Shown one piece after another: positions 28,093 through 38,105 of a stretch of 64,000 nt of DNA. Below the pieces are notes generated by a model, which made no database searches, was not told where the DNA came from, and saw only the letters and a list, made by a program, of their open reading frames with translations. The stretch is from Candidatus Bathyarchaeia archaeon (GTDB taxonomy: Archaea; Thermoproteota; CALKCG01; B24), in the NCBI GenBank assembly GCA_038870975.1, contig JAVZJD010000002.1, positions 640,001 to 704,000 of the forward strand, given 5' to 3'. How positions within the stretch are numbered: position 1 is the stretch's first letter; each line of letters begins with the position of its first letter. The position numbers and the translations under genes were made by a program.

Positions 28093-28677
28093 CTATTTAA
28101 TCCATAGACCCCTACGCATGAGAATGTTCGCATCATCCTCTGCTTTTTCAATTAGAAAGTCAAGGAGCTTTTTGAAAAATCCCCTTCCACGGTATTCTGA
28201 CGACCACTCTCTAACCGCTTCAGCGTATAAGCTTCTCTCTGTCATTCTAATTTCGGCTAACTGGACGAGGCTATTGTAAGTTTCAGGGTCTATGTAATCG
28301 TTATCGTATATTAAACCTGGGCAGACCTTAACTGCACTCTTGTTGACTTCTATGCTAGTAACTCTACCGTTGGAAGTCACGTAGATGAATGGGTAGAAGC
28401 GGCACGTCAAAGGTTTAAACTGGTGTACAATGCAAATTTTGTTCTTATTGAAAACACAGAAACCATCGGGAAATCTTTTCAATCCTAAATACCCTTCACC
28501 ATCCCATAGTGAAACTTTGGGGAAACTGCTCTTGTAGCTATCAGCCCTGTACAACATTAGAAATCCCTGGGTATCGTAGCCACCGTAGTGTAATATACGC
28601 CAAACGTCTAAATGTGTAACTGGAACCCAATATTGCCCACAACAAACACCGCATAGTGTGCATTTAAACTTAACCAT
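28093..28677 (-). CDS. YkgJ family cysteine-cluster protein
   Basis: CTLCGVCC, CVF...CIVH..KPLTCRFYPF, CPG. Confidence 0.85.
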   Translation of the reverse strand: MVKFKCTLCGVCCGQYWVPVTHLDVWRILHYGGYDTQGFLMLYRADSYKSSFPKVSLWDGEGYLGLKRFPDGFCVFNKNKICIVHQFKPLTCRFYPFIYVTSNGRVTSIEVNKSAVKVCPGLIYDNDYIDPETYNSLVQLAEIRMTERSLYAEAVREWSSEYRGRGFFKKLLDFLIEKAEDDANILMRRGLWIK

Positions 28678-28810
28678 GTCGTTCGGCTGATACCTCTGAA
28701 AGACCTTCAGTATAAAGTTTAACTCTAAATTCTAAGGGTATTGAACGTGTGAGACTTTCAAAAACGAAAATGGTAAAATTTAGTTATGAGTTTTACTAAG
28801 TCTTATATAG

Positions 28811-29503
28811 GTGGCTTTGGTTAAAGTTGAAAGCTTCAAGGGTTTTAATGGAGTATACCAGCTGACTATCAACGGAGAGCGTAAATTAGCCACTGTAAAC
28901 TTAGCTCCGACAGTTCAAGTATACGGTGAGAGACTTATTAAAATCAACGGTGTAGAGTATAGGCTTTGGGATCCGTTTAGAAGTAAGCTGGGAGCAGCTC
29001 TGCTTAAGGGCCTTAAACGTCTACCAATTTCAGAGGGGGTTAAAGTCCTCTACCTCGGGGCAGGTTCTGGAACAACTGTAAGTCATGTCAGCGACATAGT
29101 GGGGGAAAATGGAATAGTTTATAGTGTTGAATTCAGTCCAAGAGTTATGAGGGAATTTATAAAGAGGGTTTCATCTTTTAGAAGAAACGTCATACCTATA
29201 CTTGCCGACGCTAGATTCCCAGGGTCTTACCTACCATATGTCGACGAAATCGATGTGATATACTGCGATGTTGCTCAGCCTGACCAGGCTAGAATACTGT
29301 CAGACAATGCGGACTTCTACCTTAAAAAGGGTGGAAGTAGTATGTTGGCAGTAAAGGCGAGGAGTATTGATGTATCGAGGAGGCCTGTAGAGATATTCAA
29401 AGAGGAGGCTAAGGTTTTACAGAGTAGAGGATTTAAAATCGAAGCTACGATTAAGCTAGAGCCTTTCGATAAAGACCACGTAATGATTCTCTCAACAAGG
29501 TGA
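28811..29503 (+). CDS. flpA: Fibrillarin (C/D box rRNA/tRNA 2'-O-methyltransferase)
   Basis: VYGER, YRLWDPFRSKL, VLYLGAGSGTTVSHVSD, DVAQPDQ, KARSID. Confidence 0.96.
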   Translation: MALVKVESFKGFNGVYQLTINGERKLATVNLAPTVQVYGERLIKINGVEYRLWDPFRSKLGAALLKGLKRLPISEGVKVLYLGAGSGTTVSHVSDIVGENGIVYSVEFSPRVMREFIKRVSSFRRNVIPILADARFPGSYLPYVDEIDVIYCDVAQPDQARILSDNADFYLKKGGSSMLAVKARSIDVSRRPVEIFKEEAKVLQSRGFKIEATIKLEPFDKDHVMILSTR

Positions 29504-30183
29504 ACACCATATTGCATGATACAGTAGCAGGTGTAGATGAAGCTGGTAGAGGGAGTGTCATAGGTCCGATAGTGATAGCGGGAGTCTTACTAGAAGAGAG
29601 GCTTCTAGAGACCATTAAATCTTATGGTGTTAGAGATTCTAAAAAGCTTTCACCAGCAAGAAGAGAGAGACTTTACAAGGCTGTAGTTGAAAACGCGGTG
29701 AGGGTAGCGTTTACTATAGTTGACCCATTTACAATAGACCTTTACGTTAAATCAAGGGAGAGCCTAGGTGGATTAAACATTCTAGAGCTTAAAGGGATAA
29801 GCAGTGTGGTAAGAGAGCTTAAAGCTACGAAGATATATGTCGATTGCCCAGATTTAAACCTGGCAAGGTTTTGTATGATGTTGAAGTCTGAAATCCCATG
29901 GAGTGCTGAGGTCATAGCCTTTCACAAGGAGTATGACGACCATCCCGCTGTAGCGTCAGCATCTATAGTAGCCAAGGTCTTGAGGGATAGGATTATTCAT
30001 ACGCTCAAGGACTTATACGGGGATTTCGGAAGCGGCTATCCTTCAGACCCGAAAACCGTAAGTTTTTTGAGGGAAAATTATAAGAACATAGAGCAAATCG
30101 TAAGAAAAAGCTGGAAGACCTCGAGGTTAAACCTTACGTTAGACAAATATACGGTTCAGGGGACCATTCGACCTCGCCAGTAG
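29500..30183 (+). CDS. rnhB: Ribonuclease HII
   Basis: GVDEAGRG, DSKKLS, VASASIVAKV.RD, GSGYPSDP. Confidence 0.95.
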   Translation: MNTILHDTVAGVDEAGRGSVIGPIVIAGVLLEERLLETIKSYGVRDSKKLSPARRERLYKAVVENAVRVAFTIVDPFTIDLYVKSRESLGGLNILELKGISSVVRELKATKIYVDCPDLNLARFCMMLKSEIPWSAEVIAFHKEYDDHPAVASASIVAKVLRDRIIHTLKDLYGDFGSGYPSDPKTVSFLRENYKNIEQIVRKSWKTSRLNLTLDKYTVQGTIRPRQ

Positions 30184-30227
30184 CCTTTATATAGTTTTCT
30201 TGAGACCTAATAAGGAGTTGGAAAACT

Positions 30228-31688
30228 ATGTCTAAAGAGACTTTCAACGTTGACAAAAACAATGATTTCTCCAATTGGTTTAACAGGATTATCCGCGATG
30301 CTCAACTCATAGACGATAGGTACAATGTTAAAGGCTTCATAGTTCATAGGCCTTGGTCTATGATCATGCTCAAGCATATCTATCGTCTATATGAAAAAGA
30401 GCTTGAAGAACGAGGACATAAACCCGTACTCTTCCCCACGGTAATACCTGAGGAGAACCTTTCAAAAGAGGAGGAACACGTTGAAGGTTTTAAAGCTGAA
30501 GTATTCTGGGTGACCCATGGCGGAGACGATGAACTTGAGAAAAGGCTCGCCTTAAGACCTACGTCTGAGACTGCCTTTTACCCGCTTTATGCTCTATGGA
30601 TAAGGAGTATATCAGACCTGCCTTTGAAGCTCTATCAAAGCTGCTCAGTCTTCAGGTATGAGACTAAGTCCACTAAGCCTCTAGTTAGGGGGAGGGAATT
30701 CCTCTGGATAGAGGCGCACGACGTCTTTGCTACAGAGGAGGAGGCTTATAGACAGGTTGAAGAAGATATGGAGATAGCTGAAGAAGTTATTCATAAAAGG
30801 CTTGGAGTACCCTTCATATTTCTAGAGAGGCCACAATGGGACAAGTTTAAAGGAGCGGTTAAAACGTTTGCAGCCGACTGTGTAATGCCTGATGGAAAAC
30901 TTCTCCAAATAGCCTCTACACACTACTTAGGCCAGAGGTTTTCTAAAGCCTTTGAAATCACGTTTCTAGATACTGACGGTACGCGGAAATATGCCTATCA
31001 AACATGCTACGGACCAGGTATATGGCGTATTCTAGCCGCAGTAATATCGGTACACGGCGATAATAATGGTCTCATATTGCCATTTGAAATAGCACCAATT
31101 CAAGTGATCATAGTTCCAATATTTACGAGAGAGTATAGAGAGTCTGTTGAAAAATACTGCATGGAAATCTATAGGATTTTAAAGGAGGCTGGTTTCAGAG
31201 TTGAAGCAGATCTTTCAGATAAGACCCCTGGTGCGAAATATTACTACTGGGAGATGATGGGGGTTCCGATTAGAGCTGAAGTCGGTATTAGAGAAGTTGA
31301 GACAAAATGTGTAACGCTATTCAGAAGGGATAGCCGCAGTAGGACAACTGTCCAATTAGATGAACTAGTTGAGGCTGTTAAAAAGCTTGGCTATGAAGCG
31401 CTTCAAAACATTAAAAGGAGAGCTGAAGAATTTCTCGAATTGAGAGTATTTAGAGCTAAGACTTTTAATGAGGTTAAGGATTTAGCAGATAAAGGCGGCT
31501 TTATAATTGCTCCATTCTGCTCGATAGATTTCGACGGAGAAAGCTGTTCTCTAAAGCTCAAGGAGATACTGGGTCTAGAGGTTAGAGGAGTACCTCTTAA
31601 AAACAGGGTTAAACCTTCTGAATGGGAAAAATGCATAGTGTGTGGTAGGAAAGCCGGAGAATATGTTTACCTAGGTAAAGCGTACTAG
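30228..31688 (+). CDS. proS: Prolyl-tRNA synthetase (archaeal/eukaryotic type)
   Basis: LRPTSET, FRYETK, REFLW.EAH, HYLGQ.FSKAF, C-terminal GKAY. Confidence 0.96.
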   Translation: MSKETFNVDKNNDFSNWFNRIIRDAQLIDDRYNVKGFIVHRPWSMIMLKHIYRLYEKELEERGHKPVLFPTVIPEENLSKEEEHVEGFKAEVFWVTHGGDDELEKRLALRPTSETAFYPLYALWIRSISDLPLKLYQSCSVFRYETKSTKPLVRGREFLWIEAHDVFATEEEAYRQVEEDMEIAEEVIHKRLGVPFIFLERPQWDKFKGAVKTFAADCVMPDGKLLQIASTHYLGQRFSKAFEITFLDTDGTRKYAYQTCYGPGIWRILAAVISVHGDNNGLILPFEIAPIQVIIVPIFTREYRESVEKYCMEIYRILKEAGFRVEADLSDKTPGAKYYYWEMMGVPIRAEVGIREVETKCVTLFRRDSRSRTTVQLDELVEAVKKLGYEALQNIKRRAEEFLELRVFRAKTFNEVKDLADKGGFIIAPFCSIDFDGESCSLKLKEILGLEVRGVPLKNRVKPSEWEKCIVCGRKAGEYVYLGKAY

Positions 31689-31689
31689 T

Positions 31690-33006
31690 TTATAGCGTAG
31701 CTCTACCTTTCATTTTACGCATTGACAGCTTATATTGTAGAGATAGAAGCTTCTCAGGCGCCAGAAGTTTACTGGTTAGGTAGATTAGCAAGATTGTAAA
31801 TATGGCTGAATAGGGTATTCCTAGAAGCACTTCAAGTGGAAGTTCGGAGAAAAACATGCTTTGAGCTATAAGCATCGGATAGCTTGGAGGTAAAGCGTAG
31901 ATGAACAATTGTAGCGCTAACGGTAAACTTCCAATATCGCCGTACATTACTATGAACATTGGAATCATTATCGGTATTTGTACAAACCCAACCAGAGAGC
32001 CAGATATTCTGACGTCGCTACTCAATGCTCCTATTATAACGCCTAAAGAGGTGGCGAAAAATATTGCTATGAGAAGACTTACAAATAGCATTATATAGCT
32101 TTCAAATGACGCTGTTGGAAACTCTAGTGAAACGGTTAAACCCTCCCCAGCCATTATGGGGAGGCTGAAGAGACTTTGAAAGTATACGGTTAACCCAATT
32201 ATGAAGAGGATTGTCCCAAGCATAGCAACGACTGTAGACCCTATGAGTTTACCCATCAAAATGCTATACCTGCCGATGGGAAGCGTCAACAGAGTTTCAA
32301 GGGTTTTCTCCTCGTTTTCAACAGCTGTAGCAGTAGCAGCTATCTGAGCAACTGTAATTGAAACCAACATTAAAACCAATGGAACGATTATTCCAGAACC
32401 CATGAAAAACTGGTTAAATAGAATGCTTGGTGAAACTTTGATAATCCTATTCTTAACGACCGTATAGCTTATAGTAGTTAATGGTTTTAAAACATCATCA
32501 GGATTGACTTCGGGGCTTGTAGAGGATATGAAGGATTCAACTAAAGCCCTAGAATAAGCATTTAACACATTCTCAATAATGGAGAAGATGCCAACAGAAC
32601 TCAAACCCATGGTTTTAACGACGAAGTACACATTTACCTGAGCTTTTCTAAAGCTTGTAACGTTGGATTCAAAGCCATTTGGTACAACTATTAAAATTCT
32701 GACATCGATATCTTTAAGCTTTTCAATGCCATCTTCCACATCTACTGAGGAAAACTCTGATACGTTTAAACCAAGACTACGCATGAAGTCTATAAATTCA
32801 CGGCTAGTAGCTGTGCCATCTAAATCTATGACGGCGACTTTAACCCCCTCCCTTGAAATGGTTTCGATGGAGCTTTGCATTGCCGCCGAGATAGCTAAAC
32901 CGATTATAGGCATTATTAGAATGGGTGCAAGTAGACCGATGTAGATCCTGGGATCTCTCAACAGATCTTTAACTTCTTTTTCAACTAGAGGGTAGAGGCT
33001 ACCCAA
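31690..33006 (-). CDS. ABC-2/NatB-type permease
   Basis: KEVKDLLRD, ENEEKTLETLLTLP, GKL; multiple TMs. Confidence 0.88.
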   Translation of the reverse strand: MGSLYPLVEKEVKDLLRDPRIYIGLLAPILIMPIIGLAISAAMQSSIETISREGVKVAVIDLDGTATSREFIDFMRSLGLNVSEFSSVDVEDGIEKLKDIDVRILIVVPNGFESNVTSFRKAQVNVYFVVKTMGLSSVGIFSIIENVLNAYSRALVESFISSTSPEVNPDDVLKPLTTISYTVVKNRIIKVSPSILFNQFFMGSGIIVPLVLMLVSITVAQIAATATAVENEEKTLETLLTLPIGRYSILMGKLIGSTVVAMLGTILFIIGLTVYFQSLFSLPIMAGEGLTVSLEFPTASFESYIMLFVSLLIAIFFATSLGVIIGALSSDVRISGSLVGFVQIPIMIPMFIVMYGDIGSLPLALQLFIYALPPSYPMLIAQSMFFSELPLEVLLGIPYSAIFTILLIYLTSKLLAPEKLLSLQYKLSMRKMKGRATL

Positions 33007-33733
33007 CGTCTACCACCCTTGTGAAAACTTCTTCAAGGTTTGAAGCATTCCAAGATGCTTTAAGTTGATCTGGTGTACCTTCCGCCACTATTCTACCTCT
33101 GTTTATTAAGGCTACTCTACTGCAGACATATTCCACCTCGAGCATGTTATGGCTAGACATGATAATGGTTACACCGTATCTGTTTGCGTAGTCTTTTATA
33201 AGCTTCCTTATGTAGCTTGCATGTATGACGTCTAAACCCGCAGTAGGCTCATCAAGTATGGCTAGTTTAGGCTTCAACATGAAAACTCTCGCTATCTGAA
33301 GCCTCCTCTTCATACCTTTACTGTAGGTTTTAATCTTATCATGTATTTTATCGCCGAGCCCTGAGATGTTGATGGCTCGATCAACCGCTTCTAAAGCTTC
33401 ATCTTTAGAATGGAAGTATATCCTAGCCATTATTGAGAGATACTCTAATCCTGAAAGGTTTCTGTAGGCTCCAGCATCTTCAGCAAGATAGCTTATTATA
33501 CGTCTTACATCGGCGGCTTGAGAAACAACATCATATCCGAATATCTTTACAACGCCTTCTGTTGGAAGAAGGAGAGTGGCGAGAATTCTTAAAGCAGTCG
33601 TCTTACCAGCACCATTGGGTCCAATTAACCCGAAAACCTCCCCCTCCTTAACTTGGAAGGAGACGTCATCTAGGGCTTTAAACGACCCGAAGAATTTTGT
33701 AAGATTTCTAACACTAACAGCGACATTACTCAT
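32999..33733 (-). CDS. ABC transporter ATP-binding protein
   Basis: GPNGAGKTT, YSKGM, ILDEPTAGLD, SSHN. Confidence 0.95.
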   Translation of the reverse strand: MSNVAVSVRNLTKFFGSFKALDDVSFQVKEGEVFGLIGPNGAGKTTALRILATLLLPTEGVVKIFGYDVVSQAADVRRIISYLAEDAGAYRNLSGLEYLSIMARIYFHSKDEALEAVDRAINISGLGDKIHDKIKTYSKGMKRRLQIARVFMLKPKLAILDEPTAGLDVIHASYIRKLIKDYANRYGVTIIMSSHNMLEVEYVCSRVALINRGRIVAEGTPDQLKASWNASNLEEVFTRVVDVG

Positions 33734-33851
33734 TGAAATGTTCAAGTAGTCTGATAGCATTTAGAAATAAAAAGCTTATTACGGATGAGCATCCTAGGAA
33801 ATTTTCTAAAAGAAACAGATAAACTGTCAAGCACTTCTGACATTTAATTTA

Positions 33852-34109
33852 TCAACTCACGTATTTTCTCACGATCTTCAAGGCTTCTAGAAATTCTCCA
33901 CCCCTCTTGGTTAGTACATAAACCTTCATACCACCCATCGTATCTTCTCTCAAAAGACCGTGGGCTACGAGAAATTGTAGAGCTTTCTTCGCTCTATCAA
34001 CTGGAAGACCAGCACCATACGCTATTCTCGTTATGGGAGAGGGGCCTCTTCTTAAAACGGTTTCCAATACATCGGAGTATATTTCATATTTTGTTCGTCT
34101 TCCACACAT
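33852..34109 (-). CDS. Winged-helix regulator (HTH_45-like)
   Basis: RRTKYEIYSDVL..ITRIAYGAGL..YVLTKRG.EFL; start at ATG 34109. Confidence 0.75.
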   Translation of the reverse strand: MCGRRTKYEIYSDVLETVLRRGPSPITRIAYGAGLPVDRAKKALQFLVAHGLLREDTMGGMKVYVLTKRGGEFLEALKIVRKYVS

Positions 34110-34134
34110 GGCGTTCTCAACTTTTAAACTAATA

Positions 34135-35472
34135 TTATAATGGCGGGGGAGGTAGCTTTTCAACCTTTACCGGTGTTTGAGCGAACAATACCCCTTCTTC
34201 CTTCTCCAACAGTTCTGTATACTGAACTTCTCCCATTATCCTACAGCCAGACTCCACGTATATTCTTCTTGCGTAGATGTTTCTAGCCCTCGACTTCTCC
34301 TCCAACGTTAAAATATCAGCGTATACATCTTCAACCCTAGCCCTCTCCTGTATGAGAATTCTGCCACCTATTAAAGGCCCTCGAACCTCGCCCTTTATAC
34401 CGATCTCTATATAGGCGGCTTTCACACCTTCTAAGGTCTCTATCGACCCCCCAACTCTTACAGCGTCTAAAGCTTCAACCCTTAATGCTTTCAAAGAACC
34501 GCCAACATCAATAGATTTAGCTTTCACACGATCGCCTATTTCAACCGAACCGCCGACGTCTAGTTTACCTGATAAGCTTAAACTTTTCTCTATACTGAGT
34601 TTACCGCCAACATCAATGTTTTCACCTTGAGCCTCGCCAGTTATTTCAACAGTACCGCCAACATCGATGCTCGTAAACACAAGGCTACCGTCAACTATCA
34701 AAGAGCCACCAACATCGATGCTTCCGCCTTCACACCGATTGGAAAGCTTTACAGTACCGCCAACATCAATTCTATTGAACTTAAGGGAGCTGGTGGATTC
34801 AAACGTCCCCCCTACGCGAATGTTTCTCTTCACTTCACCGCCCTTGATTACAGCCGTACCGCCAACATCTATATCTTCAATCTTAACTTCAGCTTCGGTT
34901 TTAAACGTACCACCAACCGTCACCCTTCCAACTTCCACCAACCCCTTTCCTCTGAAAGACCCGCCTACGTCTATTCTAGAACCTTTTACAATCCCTCCAA
35001 TATCGACCGCTCCACCTACGCTAATTGTCTCCATTTCCACATTTCCATATCCCTTGTAGGATCCGCCTACGTCTATATCCAGGGCTTTTGTGTTACCTCC
35101 AACTTCAAGACTTCCACCGACTTTAACTTTTTCAACGTTAAGGTCCCTATCAACCGTGACTTTCCTATCTACATCTACTGTTTTTGCTGAAAGGTTTCCG
35201 ATTACATGAAGCCCACCTTCTCTGATTTTTACCCTAGTGCTAACCGATAGGTCTCCCTCAATTGTAACATCTCCCTCGCGTCCATCTAGTGATTCAGCTA
35301 CTAAACCACAGTTGAAGGTACAGTCCCCTTCACAGCGCACAATACCTGAAACTGTAACGCTTCGCAATCCTTCTTCAGCATTTATAGTGGATCCTCCGCC
35401 TATATGTAAGTCTCCATCAACAAGCCCTAGGGTTGCGGTTGAACCGGGTGGAATAGATACGACTTTACGCAT
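34135..35472 (-). CDS. Long bactofilin-like (polymer-forming cytoskeletal) beta-helix repeat protein
   Basis: 14 consecutive ~17-aa units containing (I/V)xVGG(S/T); no signal peptide or TM evident. Confidence 0.65.
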   Translation of the reverse strand: MRKVVSIPPGSTATLGLVDGDLHIGGGSTINAEEGLRSVTVSGIVRCEGDCTFNCGLVAESLDGREGDVTIEGDLSVSTRVKIREGGLHVIGNLSAKTVDVDRKVTVDRDLNVEKVKVGGSLEVGGNTKALDIDVGGSYKGYGNVEMETISVGGAVDIGGIVKGSRIDVGGSFRGKGLVEVGRVTVGGTFKTEAEVKIEDIDVGGTAVIKGGEVKRNIRVGGTFESTSSLKFNRIDVGGTVKLSNRCEGGSIDVGGSLIVDGSLVFTSIDVGGTVEITGEAQGENIDVGGKLSIEKSLSLSGKLDVGGSVEIGDRVKAKSIDVGGSLKALRVEALDAVRVGGSIETLEGVKAAYIEIGIKGEVRGPLIGGRILIQERARVEDVYADILTLEEKSRARNIYARRIYVESGCRIMGEVQYTELLEKEEGVLFAQTPVKVEKLPPPPL

Positions 35473-35647
35473 GATTACACCGTTGAGGTAGTCTACTGGA
35501 AGAAGCTTTTAAAACTAAAGCACATGTAGAGAGTACTAAATATGACTACAATGAGTTATTATGCGTCTTCAAACCAACAGTCGAAGATACGATTTCCTAA
35601 AACATAATCCTTTTAATACTGATTGACTACCATTTAACTGGACGACT

Positions 35648-35938
35648 ATGCCTAAGAAGAGGAAGTCCAGAGGCCGTAGTAAGGGAACAAAGGGTAGAAC
35701 CGAGCTTGTGGAATGCGACAACTGTGGAGCACTCGTACCCAGAGATAAGATTAAGAGAGTTACAGTTAGAGTCTCACCCGTAGATCCACAACTTGCTAAA
35801 GAACTTAAATCAAAAGGAGCGTATATAAGCTCATACACCACCGTTAAAAACTACTGCGTATCTTGCGCGGTTCATTATGGTGTTGTAAAGGTCAGACCTA
35901 GGGAAGAGCGTAAGCTTATTAGGCCTCTAAGAAGGTAG
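35648..35938 (+). CDS. rps26e: 30S ribosomal protein S26e
   Basis: MPKKRKSRGR, CDNCG..VPRDK, YCVSCAVH. Confidence 0.97.
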   Translation: MPKKRKSRGRSKGTKGRTELVECDNCGALVPRDKIKRVTVRVSPVDPQLAKELKSKGAYISSYTTVKNYCVSCAVHYGVVKVRPREERKLIRPLRR

Positions 35939-35953
35939 TGTTAGTGGTAGGAC

Positions 35954-36310
35954 TTGGCATATAGACGCCTCACTAGAAAACTGACAGTTGAAAACATATG
36001 GATGTACATATTGAGAATACTACTTGAAAGACCATTATACGCATATGAGATTAAGAATATCCTAAAGAACAGATTTGGCTTCAACGTGGCAACGATAACC
36101 GTATACATGGTCTTATATAAGATGGAGAGGGAGGGCTTAATAGGAAAAACCACTAGAAAGGAAAAAGCCCGCAGACAGTACTATGAGATTACACCACTCG
36201 GCTTAAAAACATTAAAAGATGGACTTTCATTTCTTGAAAAAACCCTTAAGAATTTAAGTCTACCTGAGTCTTCTGTAGACATAAAGGATTCTTTGAACAA
36301 CCGTAACTAA
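35954..36310 (+). CDS. PadR-family regulator
   Basis: LYAYEI..TVY.VLYKMEREGLI..YYEITPLG. Confidence 0.85.
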   Translation: MAYRRLTRKLTVENIWMYILRILLERPLYAYEIKNILKNRFGFNVATITVYMVLYKMEREGLIGKTTRKEKARRQYYEITPLGLKTLKDGLSFLEKTLKNLSLPESSVDIKDSLNNRN

Positions 36311-36829
36311 GGACAAAACTGCTAAAATCCATATGCCGATATCCATAGCTTTTAAAAACCCTGAGAGGGCTATTATTAAAATTCTCTCACCTCTCTCAAC
36401 AAGACCAACACCAGACATCTCTAATCCCAAAGATTCTGCTTTAGCTCTCACATAGCTCGTTAAAAGAGAGCCTATTAACGATATAAACCCAAGCTCTATG
36501 GGCACTCTTCCGCTTAGGATTAAACCACCTATTATTGCAGAGTCTGAAAACCTATCCATCGTGGAATCTAGGAAAGACCCTAAACGATCTGCGGTACCAG
36601 TTGCTCTTGCCACAGCACCATCAAGCATGTCGAAAAAACCTGAAAGTATCACTAAAACGGAGGCAATGTAAAGTCCTACTTCTCCTTTAATAGAATACGT
36701 TAAACCTGCCAATATGGCTGCAAGTAAACCTAGAAAGCTTAAGTATTCGGCTTTAAAGCCAACCTGGGCAAATAGTTTCGCTAGAACATCTGTAAATTTC
36801 TCGGCAGTAGCCCTTACCTTATTCAGCAT
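36260..36829 (-). CDS. CDP-alcohol phosphatidyltransferase (archaetidylinositol-phosphate synthase-like)
   Basis: DMLDGAVAR..G.FLDSTMDR, SYVRAKAE, G..ERGER. Confidence 0.9.
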   Translation of the reverse strand: MLNKVRATAEKFTDVLAKLFAQVGFKAEYLSFLGLLAAILAGLTYSIKGEVGLYIASVLVILSGFFDMLDGAVARATGTADRLGSFLDSTMDRFSDSAIIGGLILSGRVPIELGFISLIGSLLTSYVRAKAESLGLEMSGVGLVERGERILIIALSGFLKAMDIGIWILAVLSLVTVVQRILYVYRRLR

Positions 36830-36975
36830 CTCATAATTACAGTTGCCAAGTCGCTATTATAGTTTAATGTCGTTTCTGTAGGGGGCGTTTCAGCGGGTAT
36901 TTGCAGTTATATTGAAACTACTCTGAGCTTTCTTGGAGCAATCTTTATAAAATGATGAAGTTTTATTTAAACTTG

Positions 36976-37097
36976 CCCGGGGTAGCTCAGCCTGGTAGAG
37001 CTTCCGGCTGTAGACCTCGCCGTGATTGGCGTGGGTCACTCAGCTTACCAGGCGGACAGAAACCGGAGTGTCGTCGGTTCAAATCCGGCCCCCGGGA
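36976..37097 (+). tRNA. tRNA-Tyr(GUA) with 48-nt intron (37014-37061) at position 37/38
   Basis: Acceptor CCCGGGG/CCCCGGG-A; anticodon CT-GTA-G; canonical BHB: helix CTGT/ACAG with bulges AGA and AAA. Confidence 0.95.
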
Positions 37098-37213
37098 CTT
37101 ACATTCTTCCCCTAAGAAGAATATCCTCTACTTCTTTTCCAATCCATTATATGGATTTATAACAGCTAAAGTCTTATAGTAGCCTTGAAGTTAGAATTAG
37201 ATCGGTGTAAACC

Positions 37214-38101
37214 GTGATAATAGACTGTCATGTCCATAGTTTGGGTGTTGAGAAGGTAGATGTTATTCTGAAGGGTATGGATAAGGCTGGGATAGATAGA
37301 GCGGTTATATTTTCGCCGTATCCGTCGCCCTACATGGGTTTGGAAGAGAGGATAATCCCTAGGACGGCTCCAGGTGTAACTAGGTATCTAGAGTTTAGCT
37401 ATCCGAACGTTACGTCTGAGAAGCAAATGGAGGCTGTGGAGTTCATAGCTAGACTTCAGAAGGAGGCACCAGACAGAATCATAGGATTTGTCTGGCTTGA
37501 GCCTAGGCTTAAAGACGCAGTTCAAATTTTAGAGAAGGCTATTACATCTAGAGAGCTGAAGGGGATTAAAATGATACCTGACCACTGGTATCCATACGAT
37601 GAATTCATGTACCCGGTATATAAGAAGGCTGAAGAACTGAATATTCCAATACTATTCCACTCAGGTATACTGTACGGGTTTAAAGATTCCTCAAGGTTCT
37701 GCAGACCCGTTAACTACGAAGTTTTACTGAGTTTTCCAAACCTTAGATTTGCACTGGCTCACGTAAGCTGGCCGTGGGTAGATGAATGTATAGCCGTATG
37801 GGGGAGGTTTAGAGCCTCTCTTGAAGAGATTGAAGGGGAGCGGAAAGAGGTTCAAATGTTTATAGATGCCACTCCAGGTACACCCCTGATATACCGTAAA
37901 GATGCCCTTCAAAAGATTATGGCCTTCGGTGCTGAAAACAACGTTTTATTCGGCACCGATTGTACGGCCGGAAGACTAGAGTATGGAAAATACCACATTG
38001 AGAGAGACGTGGCCATCTTACGCCAGGTGATAGGCGTATCGAAGGAAACCGTCGATAAGTTTCTCGGTGGAAACGCTTTAAGGTTTCTAGGTTTAAAATA
38101 G
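37214..38101 (+). CDS. Amidohydrolase_2 family protein
   Basis: IDCHVH, KGIKM, ILFHSG, LAH, LFGTD. Confidence 0.88.
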   Translation: MIIDCHVHSLGVEKVDVILKGMDKAGIDRAVIFSPYPSPYMGLEERIIPRTAPGVTRYLEFSYPNVTSEKQMEAVEFIARLQKEAPDRIIGFVWLEPRLKDAVQILEKAITSRELKGIKMIPDHWYPYDEFMYPVYKKAEELNIPILFHSGILYGFKDSSRFCRPVNYEVLLSFPNLRFALAHVSWPWVDECIAVWGRFRASLEEIEGERKEVQMFIDATPGTPLIYRKDALQKIMAFGAENNVLFGTDCTAGRLEYGKYHIERDVAILRQVIGVSKETVDKFLGGNALRFLGLK

Positions 38102-38105
38102 ATGG

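Noticed and set aside
34480-35130. Periodic CCGCC(A/T)AC repeats as a CRISPR array
   Set aside because: They are codons of the VGG protein repeat (about 51-bp period, degenerate third positions); no constant 25-40-bp repeat and no cas genes.
37014-37061. tRNA-Tyr intron as a C/D-box guide RNA
   Set aside because: No convincing RUGAUGA/CUGA box pair; treated as an ordinary BHB intron.
36952-37179. 75-aa ORF
   Set aside because: Overlaps the tRNA-Tyr gene on the same strand with no att duplication or integrase nearby; incidental.
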